Program-made: the position numbers and the translations under genes | Source: Octopus sinensis | Lineage: Eukaryota | Assembly: GCF_006345805.1 (NCBI RefSeq) | Contig: NC_043002.1 | Location: 78,120,001-78,184,000, forward strand | Reading direction: 5' to 3' | Length of the DNA stretch: 64,000 bases | Notes under the pieces: generated by a model | The model's database searches: none | Told to the model about the DNA's origin: nothing | What the model saw: the letters and a program-made list of their open reading frames with translations, nothing else | Shown: in pieces, positions 12,254 to 25,681 of the stretch | Layout of the letters: each line of letters opens with the position of its first letter | How positions within the stretch are numbered: position 1 is the stretch's first letter

Positions 12254-15200
12254 GTATGAGATGCCTACCTATCTGTTCTTGATGCCCCAAGTTATTGTTT
12301 TGCATGGTTTAGAGATTACTTACCATGGGAACAGACCAGTTCAGTTTTATCAAAGTGTGCATACTGTTTACATGCACAAAATAATGCTCTTTCTCTCTCT
12401 CTGTCTGTCTCTCTCTCATGTTCAGTCTCTCCCTCACACACACACACCATATACTGAAAATACAATTAATGAATGAGAAAACAAATTATCAAATGGACCT
12501 CTTTGAAATGTAAATTGGTTTTCAACAAATGACTCTATCCTAATGTCAGACATTTGTACAGTCTCTACTTAAGAAATTTGACAATGAAGTGGTTGCCTTT
12601 AACATCAACAGACCTTTTTGACAAATTTGCTTACTAATGGAAACAACAGCTATCTTCTTGCTGAAAACTTCCAAAACTAAATTTACTTTTTAAGTTGCTG
12701 ACATTACCATCCACTTCAGTCTCACTTTGTATACATAGGCTTTATTCAGATGTTTTTGATGGACCTTTCATGAACAACCATCTCCAAAGCATCTTACAAC
12801 TGGTGATACAACAATTTAGTTTTATTCAAACCTCCACACACTGTATATCTCATCCTTAATACAGAGGTTACTAGTGCCTCTAATTAGTTACTAGTGCCTC
12901 TTCTTCAAACATTAGATTCTGAGACACCTAGTAACAATCTCTGATTATCTTTATGAGAATATTTCTCCCTGTCTTTCATATTTGAGGTGATGAATCGGCA
13001 TAGGCTATAAAATTGGCAGTCATTTGAATGTTGGATACCTTGTGGTATTTTTTCTGATTCTGTGGGCTCTTAGTTCAAATCCCTCTTAGGTCAACTTTTC
13101 TTTAATCCTTTTGGAGTACCAATTCAAGATGACAAAGTGGTGGAACCATAAGACTGTTGGACAAGTTGCCTTGCCATATTTGTTCTGGCTTTTTGCATTC
13201 TGAGTTCAAAACCTGCCGTGGTCTACTTAGGTTGTAGACTTAACCCATTTCCAGTCTAACACCACCACCTGGAACCTTGGCTTTAGCAGAGTCTATTCTG
13301 TTGCAAAGGTTCAGGCTAGGTCTTTGGTTCGAAGATGCCTTCTATCTCCCCACCAGTCTTGGAGTCTATAAAGGACTGTGGGCATTGCCTTCTCTCCTGA
13401 CTGAAAAAAAACCCCAAAAAACAAAAAAAAAAAACAACTTTCTATGACTTTACAAAGTAAAGTTTTAAAACTATGCCCTTCATTCATGTATTATTCAGAC
13501 ATTGTAATAGGTGGAATGGACACACATGAACACACACACACACAACATCAGATATAAAGAAACAAAGCCAGTAAGCTTAATACTTTTTTTTTGCGGTGGG
13601 GGTGGAATTTAGTCGAGAAAAAGTCAGCACCCATGACTGGTAGGAGGAAGTTATCCTTGATTGGAGACCTGGGCTCAACACTTGCCAAGAATGTATGCTA
13701 AAGGCAGCTGGGAGCCAAGAAGTGATATTAAACTGGATGACAGATTAAGTTTATCACTCAACAGGAATGGTTTCTCCAGCAGGATTTCGCACAGTTTCCA
13801 TGTAGCAAATTTCATTTACAAAGCTTGTCCAAAACTACATAATTGCAAGTGAACTTCTTAACCCCACTGTTATGTCCACACACATTTCACTTCAAGGCTT
13901 TGGTTAGTATGGGGCTATTGTTCCCATTCTGAGTTGTGTTTTTTTGTTGTTTCTTAATATTTCTTTTACTATGGTTTCCATTCTGTTGAACACGTTGATT
14001 GCATATCAAGTTCACCCCAAACATATTCAGTGCACATGCTTCTGTTCTTTCTATGACCTACACTGTTTCTTTTCTCCTAGACCCTGTTACTAAACATTTT
14101 TCAGTTCTTTAGTGTTACTCTCTACCCCTCTGGAACCCCTTTTCCATTCACATATTCTATCCATGTACCCAACCTTGTTATCCTGGTTATGATTACTGCC
14201 ACACCACCTCACACTAATAAATTTAAAAAAAAAAAGAAGTTTTGGTTAATTTCAAAGGTAAAATATTATGATGATAGTTATTTAAAGCATTTCACAGAAG
14301 GTGTGACTGTAATAGAATGTTTTTTGTTAAAATATATCTGGAATGTTGATAACTAACAATATGGAATGCTACAATATAGTGTGGAATTACATCACTTAAA
14401 GGTTTGGTTTTTGTGTGAATTGCTGCACTTGCAAATTTAATATAAACATTCCAACCAATGCCAGCACGAAGAAAAAAATATATAAAAAATATAGTTTTTG
14501 TAAAGAATAGCGTTTTTTAATATACTGATTTTTAACTTCACCTTTGTTAAAGTAAGTTGAGTAGGTCTGTAAAATATATTTTATCAGTTCTTTGAAGCAA
14601 TACAGGAAAACTTTTATGTGGAAAGAAAACATAGAATTAGTTATCAACTGTCATTTAATGCCTAATGTAGTGCTAATGTCTGTTTTTCTTTTTTTCTCCT
14701 TTTTCTTAAGAAAATGTGTGAAATTATGAAAAATACTTTAGCTAAACCAGTAAAAAAAAAATTAAATAATAAAGAATAAGATTATATACTTAACAGTAAT
14801 GTATTTTATTAAATCTCTTGCCCATTTTTACCCAAAACTCTTGATCTTGCCCAAACTTATCTCTGTGACAAAAATATATTCTTATAAGTATGTGAAATCT
14901 TGTAAGAGATTTCTTTGTTTATTGAAGTCAATTCTTCCAATATCTTCAGCAGCCTTATTATGAGCATAACTATCTTTTATTATTGTTTTATCTTTCTTTT
15001 TATTTTATTAATACCGTTGAATTGTAAAAATCATTCAGTTATCTCCTTAACTAATTCTGTTAGAAAAGGGCTCAAATAATCTCTCATTTTAGATTTCTGT
15101 GTCCTACTTTTCTATCTTGCACAAATAGTTAGAAGTATATAATATTGACTTGTCCTATATTCCTTCTAATACTTTGTGAAACTCCATCAATATCAGACAG

Positions 15201-18200
15201 ACATGTGCATATTGCATAGGGGTGATGATATTGATGATGATGATGATAATGAAACATAGCTACCTGAATTGTATCAGGAAGAGAACTGACAAATTTATCC
15301 TCATCAGGAAATACATGGAAAGATTCCAAGGATCTGTAAATGCCGGCAATATCTCGTCAGAAATGTCTTATCAGCAATATTCTATGGAAAGCTTTGCACC
15401 GCATTTGAACTAGATTTAAACAGTCTTGCTTACCAATTAAAGATATCTTCTCTCTCCTTTATTTAGTACTTGTTTACTTTTTGCTTTTATATTGTTTATA
15501 TTTTATAACTTTTTTAGCTTCTGAATTTTATTTTCAAATGCAATTACCCATTGGTGCCTGCATTTTGATGGGAGGAGGAGACTCTCCTACTAATATTTTT
15601 TTTTTAACATTTACTTTGCTCAGTGGGTTGGCAACATTGATGGAATGTTAGATCGTAGGCTTTGTGATATTGAGATACATGCCTCTGTTCTGAATTGAAT
15701 TATCCCTTCATCTCTGAGGATGTTGTTGTTTAGCCCAAGATCAGTGCTGATCAAGCAGGCCTATCATCAAAGGCATTCCAGCTATAACCAGCTTGTCTTT
15801 TTTTTTTTTTCCTTCTTTTCAAGATAATATAGTCTGAGTGTACCTCAGACTATATTATCTAATGTTTCCTTTTTAAGATGATAGGGTGAAGCTTGACAGA
15901 TTTTGGCTGTTGTTTCAAGCAGGTTGAGTGACCATGTAGAGTTAATGCAATTGCTATTGTTTATGGTAACTATCAAGAAAAGAATGAATATTAAGGAGCT
16001 TTGAAATTCGTAACTTTTTTTTGCTTTTGTTTTTTGAATTTCATGGCCTAAAGATGATTACAGAGGAAATGTTTAGTGTTAATTAAAATCATGAATGGAT
16101 TATGCAGAAGTTATCACTTAGTCTTGATGTATGTCTGTAAAAACAGGTTTTACATTTGTAAATTTCTTTATACCTTATCGGCAATAAAAAGAAAGCCCTC
16201 ACATAATTTCATGATATATTTCTCTTTGAAAGGCTAAAATTTGCAATTTAATTTCTAGTTCTTAAACAAGTGTTGCTCTTCATTAACTCTAGGGGTTTCT
16301 TATATTGCTCCATATCTTATATCTTGTTAGCTATGGGCCACATTTGTAGTCAAATATAGCTTGATGCTTTTAAGTTGATCAAAACACATTTATTCACTTA
16401 ATAAGTTACTGCTTTTGTTTTACCCCTGGTCTACCCTAGTGAAGTTGCTCAGCTGTCGTTTTAGGGGCCTATAAGACTCATTTTAATGCAGTGTGTCCCT
16501 TCCTTTCCCAAGACCACTGAGTATGATTTGAAGGAGCTTTGGCTTCCTCATTCATTTCCTCATTGGCTCAAATGAATGAATGAATGAATGATTTCATTTG
16601 GGAAACAGATGTTAGCTTGATGATGACAGTGGTTAAAAATGTAGAACTTTCTAAGTTTCATTTGTTGTAATTGGTACAATATGTACAAACAGTCTATTTT
16701 AGAGTGTTTGTATGTTTTGTTTTCCAATTCCATATTTATATAACTTAGTTCTGAATTACTCTATTTCTGTTCCTTCTGGACCTGCATCAGATTTTCTAAA
16801 ATTTACTTCCTTTACAAAAAAAAAAAAAAAAGAAAAAAAGCAAAAAGAAAAAGAGACACTCACTCACTCACTCATTTAATGTCTGTCTTTCCATTTTAGC
16901 ATAGGTGTGAAAGGGAATATATTTGAATATTTGGGTTGGTTATGGTCAGTTTAAATGCGATAGGGTTAAACAAAAGTCAGTGTTACAATACAGGAATACT
17001 CATATTATGGAAGCATTGTTTCTGAAAATCTTGCCATGATGTAGAATTCCATAATACAAAACCTATTTTCCACTTGACTTGCAAAATGAAATCAGTGGGG
17101 AAATAAGTTATAGAATTCCATATTTTATTAAGATTTTCAACAACACAAATATAGGAGATATCTGAATTCAGATTGCTTGCTGGCTTTTTTATTTTTCTAT
17201 TTAATAACTAGGTCTTTTAGCTTCATAGTTGTCTCCCCCCCACACACACATCAAGTTATGTGTACATAGCCATTTCTGTGTGTTTGTTTGAGAAATCAGT
17301 TCTAAAAAGTTCTATTTCTTATGGGTAAAGAACTCAAAATGTATTATAGTTATGAATAAGTTTAGGGTTCTTTACTTTTCTTGAAATAGCCAGAATTATA
17401 TTCTCCATTCTCTTTTCTCGCACACACAAGCTCACAAATGCTTTTGCCTATTTGAAGGGATGGGTAGGCAGGTGGAGACAATGACAGACTTTCACATTAT
17501 GTCAAGAGGAAATAGCTGCCAGATTTTTGTTGACCTTATTAGATGTCATTGTGAACTCATTAGTAACTTTTGTTCTGCAGGATTTTGTAACTGGTTTCAT
17601 TTACATATGCCTTATGTAAAACTATTTCAACTAGATAACTGGTATTGTTTCAACCCTTCCTGCTAATTAAGCAGTTTCAGTACATGTATGCTGTCTGAAA
17701 CCTTGTGAAACAATGTTTTCTTTCTTTCTAAAATACACAAGCTTTCAATTTGAAACTTCAATTGGGTCATGTTCACGTTTTTGCTATTTCTTGTATAGAA
17801 GTAAAACTAGGTGATCTCTTCATTATTTTGCATTGAGTTAAGTTTACTTGGTGGTTATTTAGTTTTCCTTAACCATTTCACCAACAAACTATCATTTTAA
17901 CAGATTGTTATTCATGGAAGTAATGAGAACCAAGGCAATATAGTAAACCCTGCATAACTTGTAATGTGGTGTTAGGAAACTGAGTCTGTTCTAAAGAAAT
18001 TGGTGATTTATAGCAAATTTTTGCAATCTAACTTGTGGGACAAATATGTTGATATCTTTTAATTGAAAATGCTTTTTCTACAATTATTAAAAAGTATTTT
18101 AATGCTGACAACTTTCTGTCTTAAAACTGTTGTACCTTTATCTAGGAAAATAGAGATTTTTATATATTTTAGTAAAAAAGTATTCTTTGTTTTTGCCTTA

Positions 18201-18632
18201 AATTCATTTAAATAGTAAAAATGTGATGTCATATAACATTCACTATACTTTTAGTATGAGTTTCGACTGCTCTATTAATGACTAAGCATGCATTTCATTA
18301 AAAAAAAATTTTTTTTAGTTAATCTAAGAAATGCATTGTAAAAGTTTATGCATACATATGTGTGTGTCTGTAGAAGTGCAAGATTTCCATGACAAACAAA
18401 AATTAATCCTGAATAAATAATTTGTAAAATCATCGTGTGAAATTACAAGAAACTTAGCTGAAGCCTTCAGTTTGTTTGAAGAATAATTTTATTTACAAAT
18501 AATTGCATGGGGTGAGTAGGTGGGTGGTAGTGACATTAGTTTTACTCAGTTTTGGTTGCTGGTGTTGGGTTGGTTTAAGTGCAACTGATGTAATATAAAA
18601 AAAACTCAGTTAATAATTTGATTTATTCTTCA

Positions 18633-18853
18633 CCCTTTAGCATTTAAACTGGCCATATCTGACCCAAATAGTCTACCTATTTTATGTTCAAACTTGCCAG
18701 ATCAGTCTTCTCACACCTACCCTATAATGTCATTCTAAGAATAAGCACACACATCATCAGAATCTCAAAGCTACAAACATAATGCATGATTAATTCATAG
18801 CAATGTGAATACTTAAATCGTACATTTGACAGAGTAACCTGAAGGCTAAAGTG
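18633..18853. mobile_element. TTAA-associated piggyBac-like MITE (family 1)
   Basis: CCCTTTAGCATT ... GCTAAAGTG|TTAA termini, inverted homolog of 55267-55479. Confidence 0.65.
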
Positions 18854-19143
18854 TTAAATCACAGAACATTTAGCATGGTTTGTATGATTATGAATTCCAT
18901 AAAAGCTAATGTCATTATTAGGTTGGATTCTCAGAACTAAGCTATCAAACAGCTCATGAATTCTATTGTTCAGTTGGTTGATAGGCTCATTAAAATTTTA
19001 GCTGTAATCAGTCTGTTTATGTCAACTATGTAAAGTATAATTCTTTCCATTATAGGCACAATGCCTGAAATTTGTGGGTATGAAACTAGTCGATAACATC
19101 AACATCAGTGCTTAACTGGTATTATTTTATATTATTATTATAT

Positions 19144-19367
19144 AAGGCGGCAAGCTGGCAGAAACGTTAGCACACCGGGCGAAATGCTTAGCAGTATTTC
19201 GTCTGCCGCTACGTTGGGAGTTCAAATTCCGCCGAGGTCGACTTTACCTTTCATCCTTTCGGGGGCCGATTAAATAAGTACCAGTTACGCACTGGGGTCG
19301 ATGTAATCAACTTAATCCGTTTGTTTGTCCTCTCTGTGTTTAGTCCCTTGTGGGCAGTAAAGAAATA
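19144..19367 (+). mobile_element. tRNA-derived SINE (family B) nested in an older minus-strand copy (~19045-19445)
   Basis: B-box GAGTTCAAATTCC, central CCTTTCATCCTTTCGGGG..AAATAAGTACCAG. 13-bp direct repeat GGTATTATTTTAT at 19118-19130 and 19368-19380. Confidence 0.8.
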
Positions 19368-20141
19368 GGTATTATTTTATCGACCCTGAAAGCATGAAAA
19401 GTGAAGTCAACCACGGCAGGCTAATGATTCTGCCAGCTTACCACCATCAACTATGTAAAATATACTGACAAGAGATATTACATCCAGTTTTTGTAATATT
19501 AATATAATTAACAGATTTCACCATTATTAGCAGATTAAACAATTTTTTAAGATCTTTCTTGTGGGCATGATTAGCTTTTTGTTCAGCAATCATGTGACAT
19601 GAAGCTAAGTGAACTGTTGGCAATTACCAATTTTTAACTATTTTTCAAAGAGCATTTCCTGTTATTTTACAACTTAATAACAAAACATTAAGTAAAATTA
19701 AATGTTCAGTATTCATTGTGATTTAGTGTCACTTAAGTGCTAGGTAGTGTAATTGGTAACCTGGTCGTCTAGCAAGCAATAGGCATGGTTTGGATTCTAT
19801 TAGACTGCTGTATTCATGGCTTTGCTCCAGCATGGTCACAGCTGAGTGGCTGAAACCTGTAATAGAGTGTATAATTATGAGCAATATAATATATTCTCAT
19901 GAGTATATATTGTGAGCATTGTGATCCCATGGAGATGCAAATAAACTGGAAAAAAAAATGTGTAGCTTAGAAGAATTAGCATTTTGAATTTAAATTGGTT
20001 TTGGGGGAACTCAGTACTTCCATTAATACAACACACTTGGGATCTGGGTATTTCTGAATTATGAAATATGGTGGTTTATTTATTATAACTCAATCTTGAC
20101 AAACAACAAAATCCTGTTTTTTTAAACCAGATCATAAAATA

Positions 20142-21359
20142 TTGGGTCATCCCATAAGTAATGCTTCTTTCATTTTCTACAATGCTTTTCCATCTATCTG
20201 GTAGACTTGTAAGGACCCTCTTCCAAAATTCACTTGTCTGTGATGAAAAATACTCCTCCAGTACTGTTCTGACCTTGTCTACAGAATAAATATTTTTTTC
20301 CGTTCAAATGATTTTGAAGACTGTGGAATAAATGATAATCAGATGGGGGCAATGTCTGGTGAATATGGTGGGTGGGGCATTGTTTCCCATCCAAACTGCT
20401 CCATCCTTTGGAATGTCATCCTCACTGTATGTGGCTGAGCATTATCCTGATGGAAGAACACCTTTCGTCTTGAAACCAGATATGGTCTCTTTTTTTCTAG
20501 CACTGACTTAAACTGTTCGAGCTGCTCACAGTAGATCTCCTTTGTTATTCCTTGGTTTGAGTTTAAGAGTTCAAAGTGGACTAAACCTTTCATATTCCAT
20601 CAAACAGATAACAACACCTTATGTGGGTGAAGCCCTTCTTTATCCTGGGGTGCTGGTGGTTTTTTCTTTCCCTAACCACTGTCTTTGGCACTTGACTTTT
20701 TTTTTATAGAGAACCCATTTCTCATCACCAGTTGCTATTCAGTTCAAAAAAGGTTCATTCATGAGACATGACAGCAAAGAAGAGCATGCATTCACACTCT
20801 GTGTGCGATTAGACTCAGAAAGTTTGTGAGGAACCCAATGACCCAATTTGCTGACTTTTCCGATGGCACGCAGTTGTTGACGAATGGTTGAATGACCAAA
20901 TCCAAGCTTCTCTGCTAGTTCCTCAACAGTTACGATTGGATTTTGTTATACCAAGGTTTGCAGGACATCCTCATCAAGCTCTATAGATCTTCCAGGATGA
21001 GGCTCATCTTCTAGGCTGTAGTTTCTGGCTCGGAATTTCTGAAGCCACTGTTGATACTGTCTTACACTTATTGTCCAATCTCCATATACTGCATTAATAT
21101 TCCTCACACTTTCTGTTGCATTGTTGCCTCTATTGAACTCATAAAGCAAAATATGCTGAACATGCTCCTTTGCCATTATAGCTTTGAAAAAATAACTGTT
21201 AAAATTGAACTACAGTCTTCAAAACTCGCACTAAAAATAAGTACAAGGTAAAATTACTACCTGTTTTTATAGCAAGTTGATGCAGGTAGTTTATCCCATC
21301 TCCATCTGACTTTTAATTCATGCAAATGAAAAAACTGCATTATTTATGGGATGACCCAA
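20142..21359 (-). mobile_element. Near full-length mariner (DD34D-type) transposon with an inactivated transposase
   Basis: TA TSDs and TIRs TTGGGTCATCCCATAA(G/A)TAATGC. Minus-strand motifs WVPHKL, TGDEKW, HQDNA and YSPDIAP, with stops and frameshifts (ORFs 20946..21176 and 20339..20593). Confidence 0.93.
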
Positions 21360-21549
21360 TATTTAACTGTATTTGTTAGTAACCTCAATATCTGCTGACT
21401 TCTTTTCAGCATTAAAATTTATTTTGTAAATGCCATGCTATATTTCAAAATGTCTAATTGCCACCACCACCACCAACTATAAGCACATTCAAGTCTTAGC
21501 CATATCTTTACAAAAGAAAATACAATGTGAATGTTTAACTTGAAGCATT

Positions 21550-21780
21550 AACACTTTTGTTACCATATTTCTATTAAAATACATTACGTTTGTTTCAATT
21601 AATTTTGAAAATAATGGAGAATTTAATGAAATAACTTCATTATTAAAATGGTGTTTGGAATATAAATTAACATGAAATTTTTATGGGAAGTTTTTTAAGT
21701 TAATTTTAAACAGAAAGTTTGTCTTACAGAACCAGTTGTGGTCTAGGCATGTCGGTATCAGAAAGGTTAAATCTTCAACA
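21550..21780. mobile_element. TTAA-flanked MITE related to family 2
   Basis: TTAACACTTTTGTTACC ... GGTATCAGAAAGGTTAA termini. Confidence 0.5.
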
Positions 21781-21901
21781 CTTAACAAAATAACTGCTGC
21801 AAACTTAGCTCAATCTCCTTAGACAAATAATGCTTTTCACAAAGTTTTAAAATTAACAGCATCAATTCTAAACATAGATATCAAGTTGTTTCCTAATTCT
21901 C

Positions 21902-22037
21902 TTAACCTTTAGCATGCTAAAGGCAAATAATGTTGCCGTATAAGTTTTCTACCCTCTCAATGCAACACATTGTGCCTGCAGATACAGAGAAGACTCATGT
22001 GGCAATATCAAATTGCTTTCAACATGCTAAAGGTTAA
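21902..22037. mobile_element. Short TTAA-flanked MITE
   Basis: Perfect TTAACCTTTAGCATG ... CATGCTAAAGGTTAA inverted termini. Confidence 0.6.
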
Positions 22038-22395
22038 CTCTGCAGTGTCTTGTTACATTTTCCTCAAACTGATCTAAACAAAGGGTCATTATCATTTCTA
22101 GGGATTTTGGAAATAGAGCGCATGGACAAAGTGTAGATGTGTGATAGAGGTAGATGGAGAGTGCATGTGTGATTGAGTAATTAGTTGAAGAAGTCATTAA
22201 ACTAACTCACACATTAACTGGTATGTTCCCCATCCAACCATCCTTTCAATATTGATTTACTGTTCTACCACCAGCATAGCTCTATCTATATCAGTTTATA
22301 GAAACCACTATTATTGGCTCTCTCTTAATCTTTCACATAGTGTTTGCTTAATTCATTCCATACTCAAACACTATCATTTTTGATATGTACTACAT

Positions 22396-22427
<32 letters not shown>

Positions 22428-23767
22428 ATGCGTGCATGTATGTTTGTATGTATGTGTGCATCAGAGGATTTGCCAATAAATTGGTGCATCAAAAAGAGTA
22501 CCTTGTGGCATTTAATCCATCAATTATGTTCTTTGATGCTAAGGTGAACTTAGCCATTTGGTAAATAGGAATTGATAAAATAAGTTCTGGTCTCTTTAAA
22601 AAAGTGCATCAACATCTTTGCAGTTTAAAAACTGAAACAAGTAAATGAATACTTGTATAGAAGATTTTCGGATTCCACAAGAATTTCTGTTTTTCTCCAA
22701 TATCCTTTTTACTTCTTGCACAATTATTTACTGCTGTTCTTTAACTGCACTGTTAAGAATTGTCAGACAATCTGTATTTGCCTATAAAATAGCCTCTCTT
22801 GATGGAATGATTCATAATTGTTGTACTACTATTATTTAAAGTCAACCATGGAAAGTCTGTGTGATCACTCTGAATTCTCTTAACTGAATAGAAATAATAG
22901 TGATATTGGGCAGGAGTTGATCTTCTCAATTGAAATACTATCCTTTTCCAGAAAATTGATATATTTGTCCAGATCAAAGTGTTTCTATTGATTTGTGAAT
23001 GGTTAATTTTGCTAAAATGCTGCTCTCATTGAAAATTATCTATCTACTTCAATAACCAAATATGTAATGTATGAATTCATCCCAGCAGTTATTATTATTA
23101 TTATTCTCTTCTCTGTCATTTCCCCCTATGCCTACCCCTCCCAAATCATCTTTTATTGATTTTTGGCATTAATAAAAATAACAAAATTTCTATAACATCT
23201 CTACAACAATGTTTTGTCAGCTAGTTGCAATTGGTTTTAACCAAACTGCTTGTAATCAATATCTCTCTCTAACACAGTATAACTCCAGCAGTCCAATCAT
23301 TGTCATCAGGGAAATTATGACCACCGTCTCTAAATATCTGTTTGGTATTTAAGTAGATTACAATGCATAGCTTTTTGGGTAACAGTGGCTTTTTTTTTAT
23401 ATTTAAAAAAAAAATTGTTTTTGCCGTGTAAATTTTCATAATGTCCACATTATAAGTCTGGCAGTTTTGACGTCTGTACCAAACCAGTTATGGATAAATA
23501 TTTTGTGAGTTACTGATGGTTATACAGAGTGTTTATATACTTAGATCAGACGCTGTTTTGAATATAAATTCAAAGTTCCTTATGTAATAGATTATAGATT
23601 TTATAGACACAAGTTAACTCAAACCATGTTCATTTTTTAATGTGAAATTGCAGTGTTGAAGCTGAAAGAAGAAATTTTTAAACACTACCCTGCATTTAGT
23701 CACATTTTCTATCTCAGCTTATGTTAAGAAAGAGTAACACATGTATTCCTCAGATTACTTAGATTTT

Positions 23768-23779
<12 letters not shown>

Positions 23780-23832
<53 letters not shown>
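23780..23832. repeat. (CA)n microsatellite
   Basis: Uninterrupted CA run. Many other CA, TG and CT runs occur in the window. Confidence 0.95.
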
Positions 23833-23836
<4 letters not shown>

Positions 23837-23904
23837 TTGTGTTATAGATGCATGTACTGTAATAACTTTATCATCAAAAATTTAAAAGCATATGAGAAAT
23901 ATTT

Positions 23905-24750
23905 TTTGGGTATAATTCTTCAACCTGGGGAAGCAGTTTGCCAATGCTGCATCCTTTCTCCACACCTTTTCAACATCTACCCTGAGATGATAATGAGACT
24001 GATATTAAAATAGAAGAGACAGCAGTAACTTGAGACATGCAGTTGACACAGATCTGCTAGCCACTACACAAAAAATTACAAGCCCTATTTCAAGTTACAG
24101 AAGTCTTGTGCTGAATTTAGTTGGCTGATAAAAGAGTGGGATGATAAAGAAAATTACAATTCAAGCTGACATCTATACTAGAAGCATTGAGATTGTATGT
24201 GTCCTGATGCAGATGAATGCAACAAAGAAATAAGGCAAAGGCTGGCTAGTAATGGCATGTAGAAGCATTACCAATCTCTGAAACATTTGGGAAGATAGAC
24301 TTGTTAGCTTTAAATGCTAATGCACCTTCTTAAGGGTCTTGTCCATCCTGTGTCTTTATATAGCTGTGAAATATGAACCTTTATAGTAGCTGACAAGAAA
24401 TTTAGGGCATTTGAAAGACAGATGGACTCAGAGTATTGTACATTTGAAATAAATTTGACAATTTAGTCCTAGAAAAGATTGGTATGAAATGAATATTTCT
24501 GGAAATCATTATCCAATGGAAATTTTGCTGCCTGTACACCACAAGAACTAATGATGTACTAGAAAATGCTGTGCTTAAAGGCTGAGTAGAAAGAAGCCAC
24601 AGCTAGAGTAAACAAAGGACAACCTGGATTAACAACATTAAGATGTGGATCAGCAACATTGCCAGAGCTACAAGAGGTTTCACTGCCAATAGATTACAAT
24701 GGAAAAAGAGGTTGAGAATACAACAGAATGGTACATGAGGATGATGATGA
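23905..24750 (+). mobile_element. RTE-clade LINE 3' RT fragment, decayed
   Basis: G.AVCQCCILSPHLFNIYPEMIMR (RT motif G..QG..LSP.LFN), later LVHPVSLYSCE and TTWINNIKMW, and a GATGATGATGA tail. Confidence 0.8.
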
Positions 24751-25545
24751 GTGAAACATCTTGTAGTTTGTACTATTACATGTTTAAGCTTCACCATAAA
24801 GAAATAATTGGTTCTGTATTTAGTTAACTATCAAATTTAGATTATCCTATACACTACTAGCATTTTCACTACTGAGTGGTGGGAGGTGGACATGTATTTA
24901 TATAACAGGAAGTGTCAATAATACAGATCAGTTGATGCTAATTTAGGTGAAGTGAAAGAAAAAAAAATAATAGTGAAGATCCTGGACTATAAATTATCCA
25001 TGGAATAATTTGCTATGTTCAGTTTAAGGTTATGTCATTATTTCAGTAATAAGATTTGTTAGACACCCCATAACCTGCTTTATGTTTGCTTTCAAACGTG
25101 TATGTTTTAACTTCTTCGTGGTTCAAAGATCAAAGATCAGTTTGTAATCTTTTGATCTGATTATTTGTAAATTTATATTTTCAATCTTATCTGAACTAAA
25201 TATCTCTTTATAAATGATCTATGAACTTAAGGTAAACATTTATCTTCGCCAAAGCTAATATTTAAATTTAGTGCTACATAATTTAAGTGGTTATGTTTTG
25301 AGTATACAAATCAGAAAGCTATATAAGTATCTGAAGTGTTTGTTTTAGACTGTTTGGTGAAGATATTGTTCATTGTTTGCAACAGGCTTTTTGTTTGTTC
25401 TATTCTGTTAGCTAATCTTGCATTATATTCAGATACTTTTGATTAATAAATTCTTTATTTCTTTATGTGATGAAAATATTTTCTTGGTAATTTCGACTTC
25501 AATTAAAACTGAAGGTGTAAGAATTGACGTTTATCTAACATTGTC

Positions 25546-25681
25546 TTAACCCTTTTGATACCAACCCAGCTGAAACTGCCTCTGGTTCTGTAGTACAAAT
25601 GTCTTGTTTTCAAAAGTTTTGAATTAAAATATTTCCACCAAACCTCAGTCACAATTTATAATCCTAACACTAGCTTAATAA
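25546..25681 (+). mobile_element. TTAA-end MITE fragment (family 2)
   Basis: TTAACCCTTTTGATACC start, nearly identical in reverse complement to 42647-42780. Confidence 0.7.

Noticed and set aside
12560-12830. Possible copia-like RT remnant on the minus strand (VYKV..DGN)
   Set aside because: Only a few residues match, with many stops.
15129-15413. Overlapping ORFs with His or Met/Asp runs
   Set aside because: Driven by a (GAT)n microsatellite. No homology or splice support.
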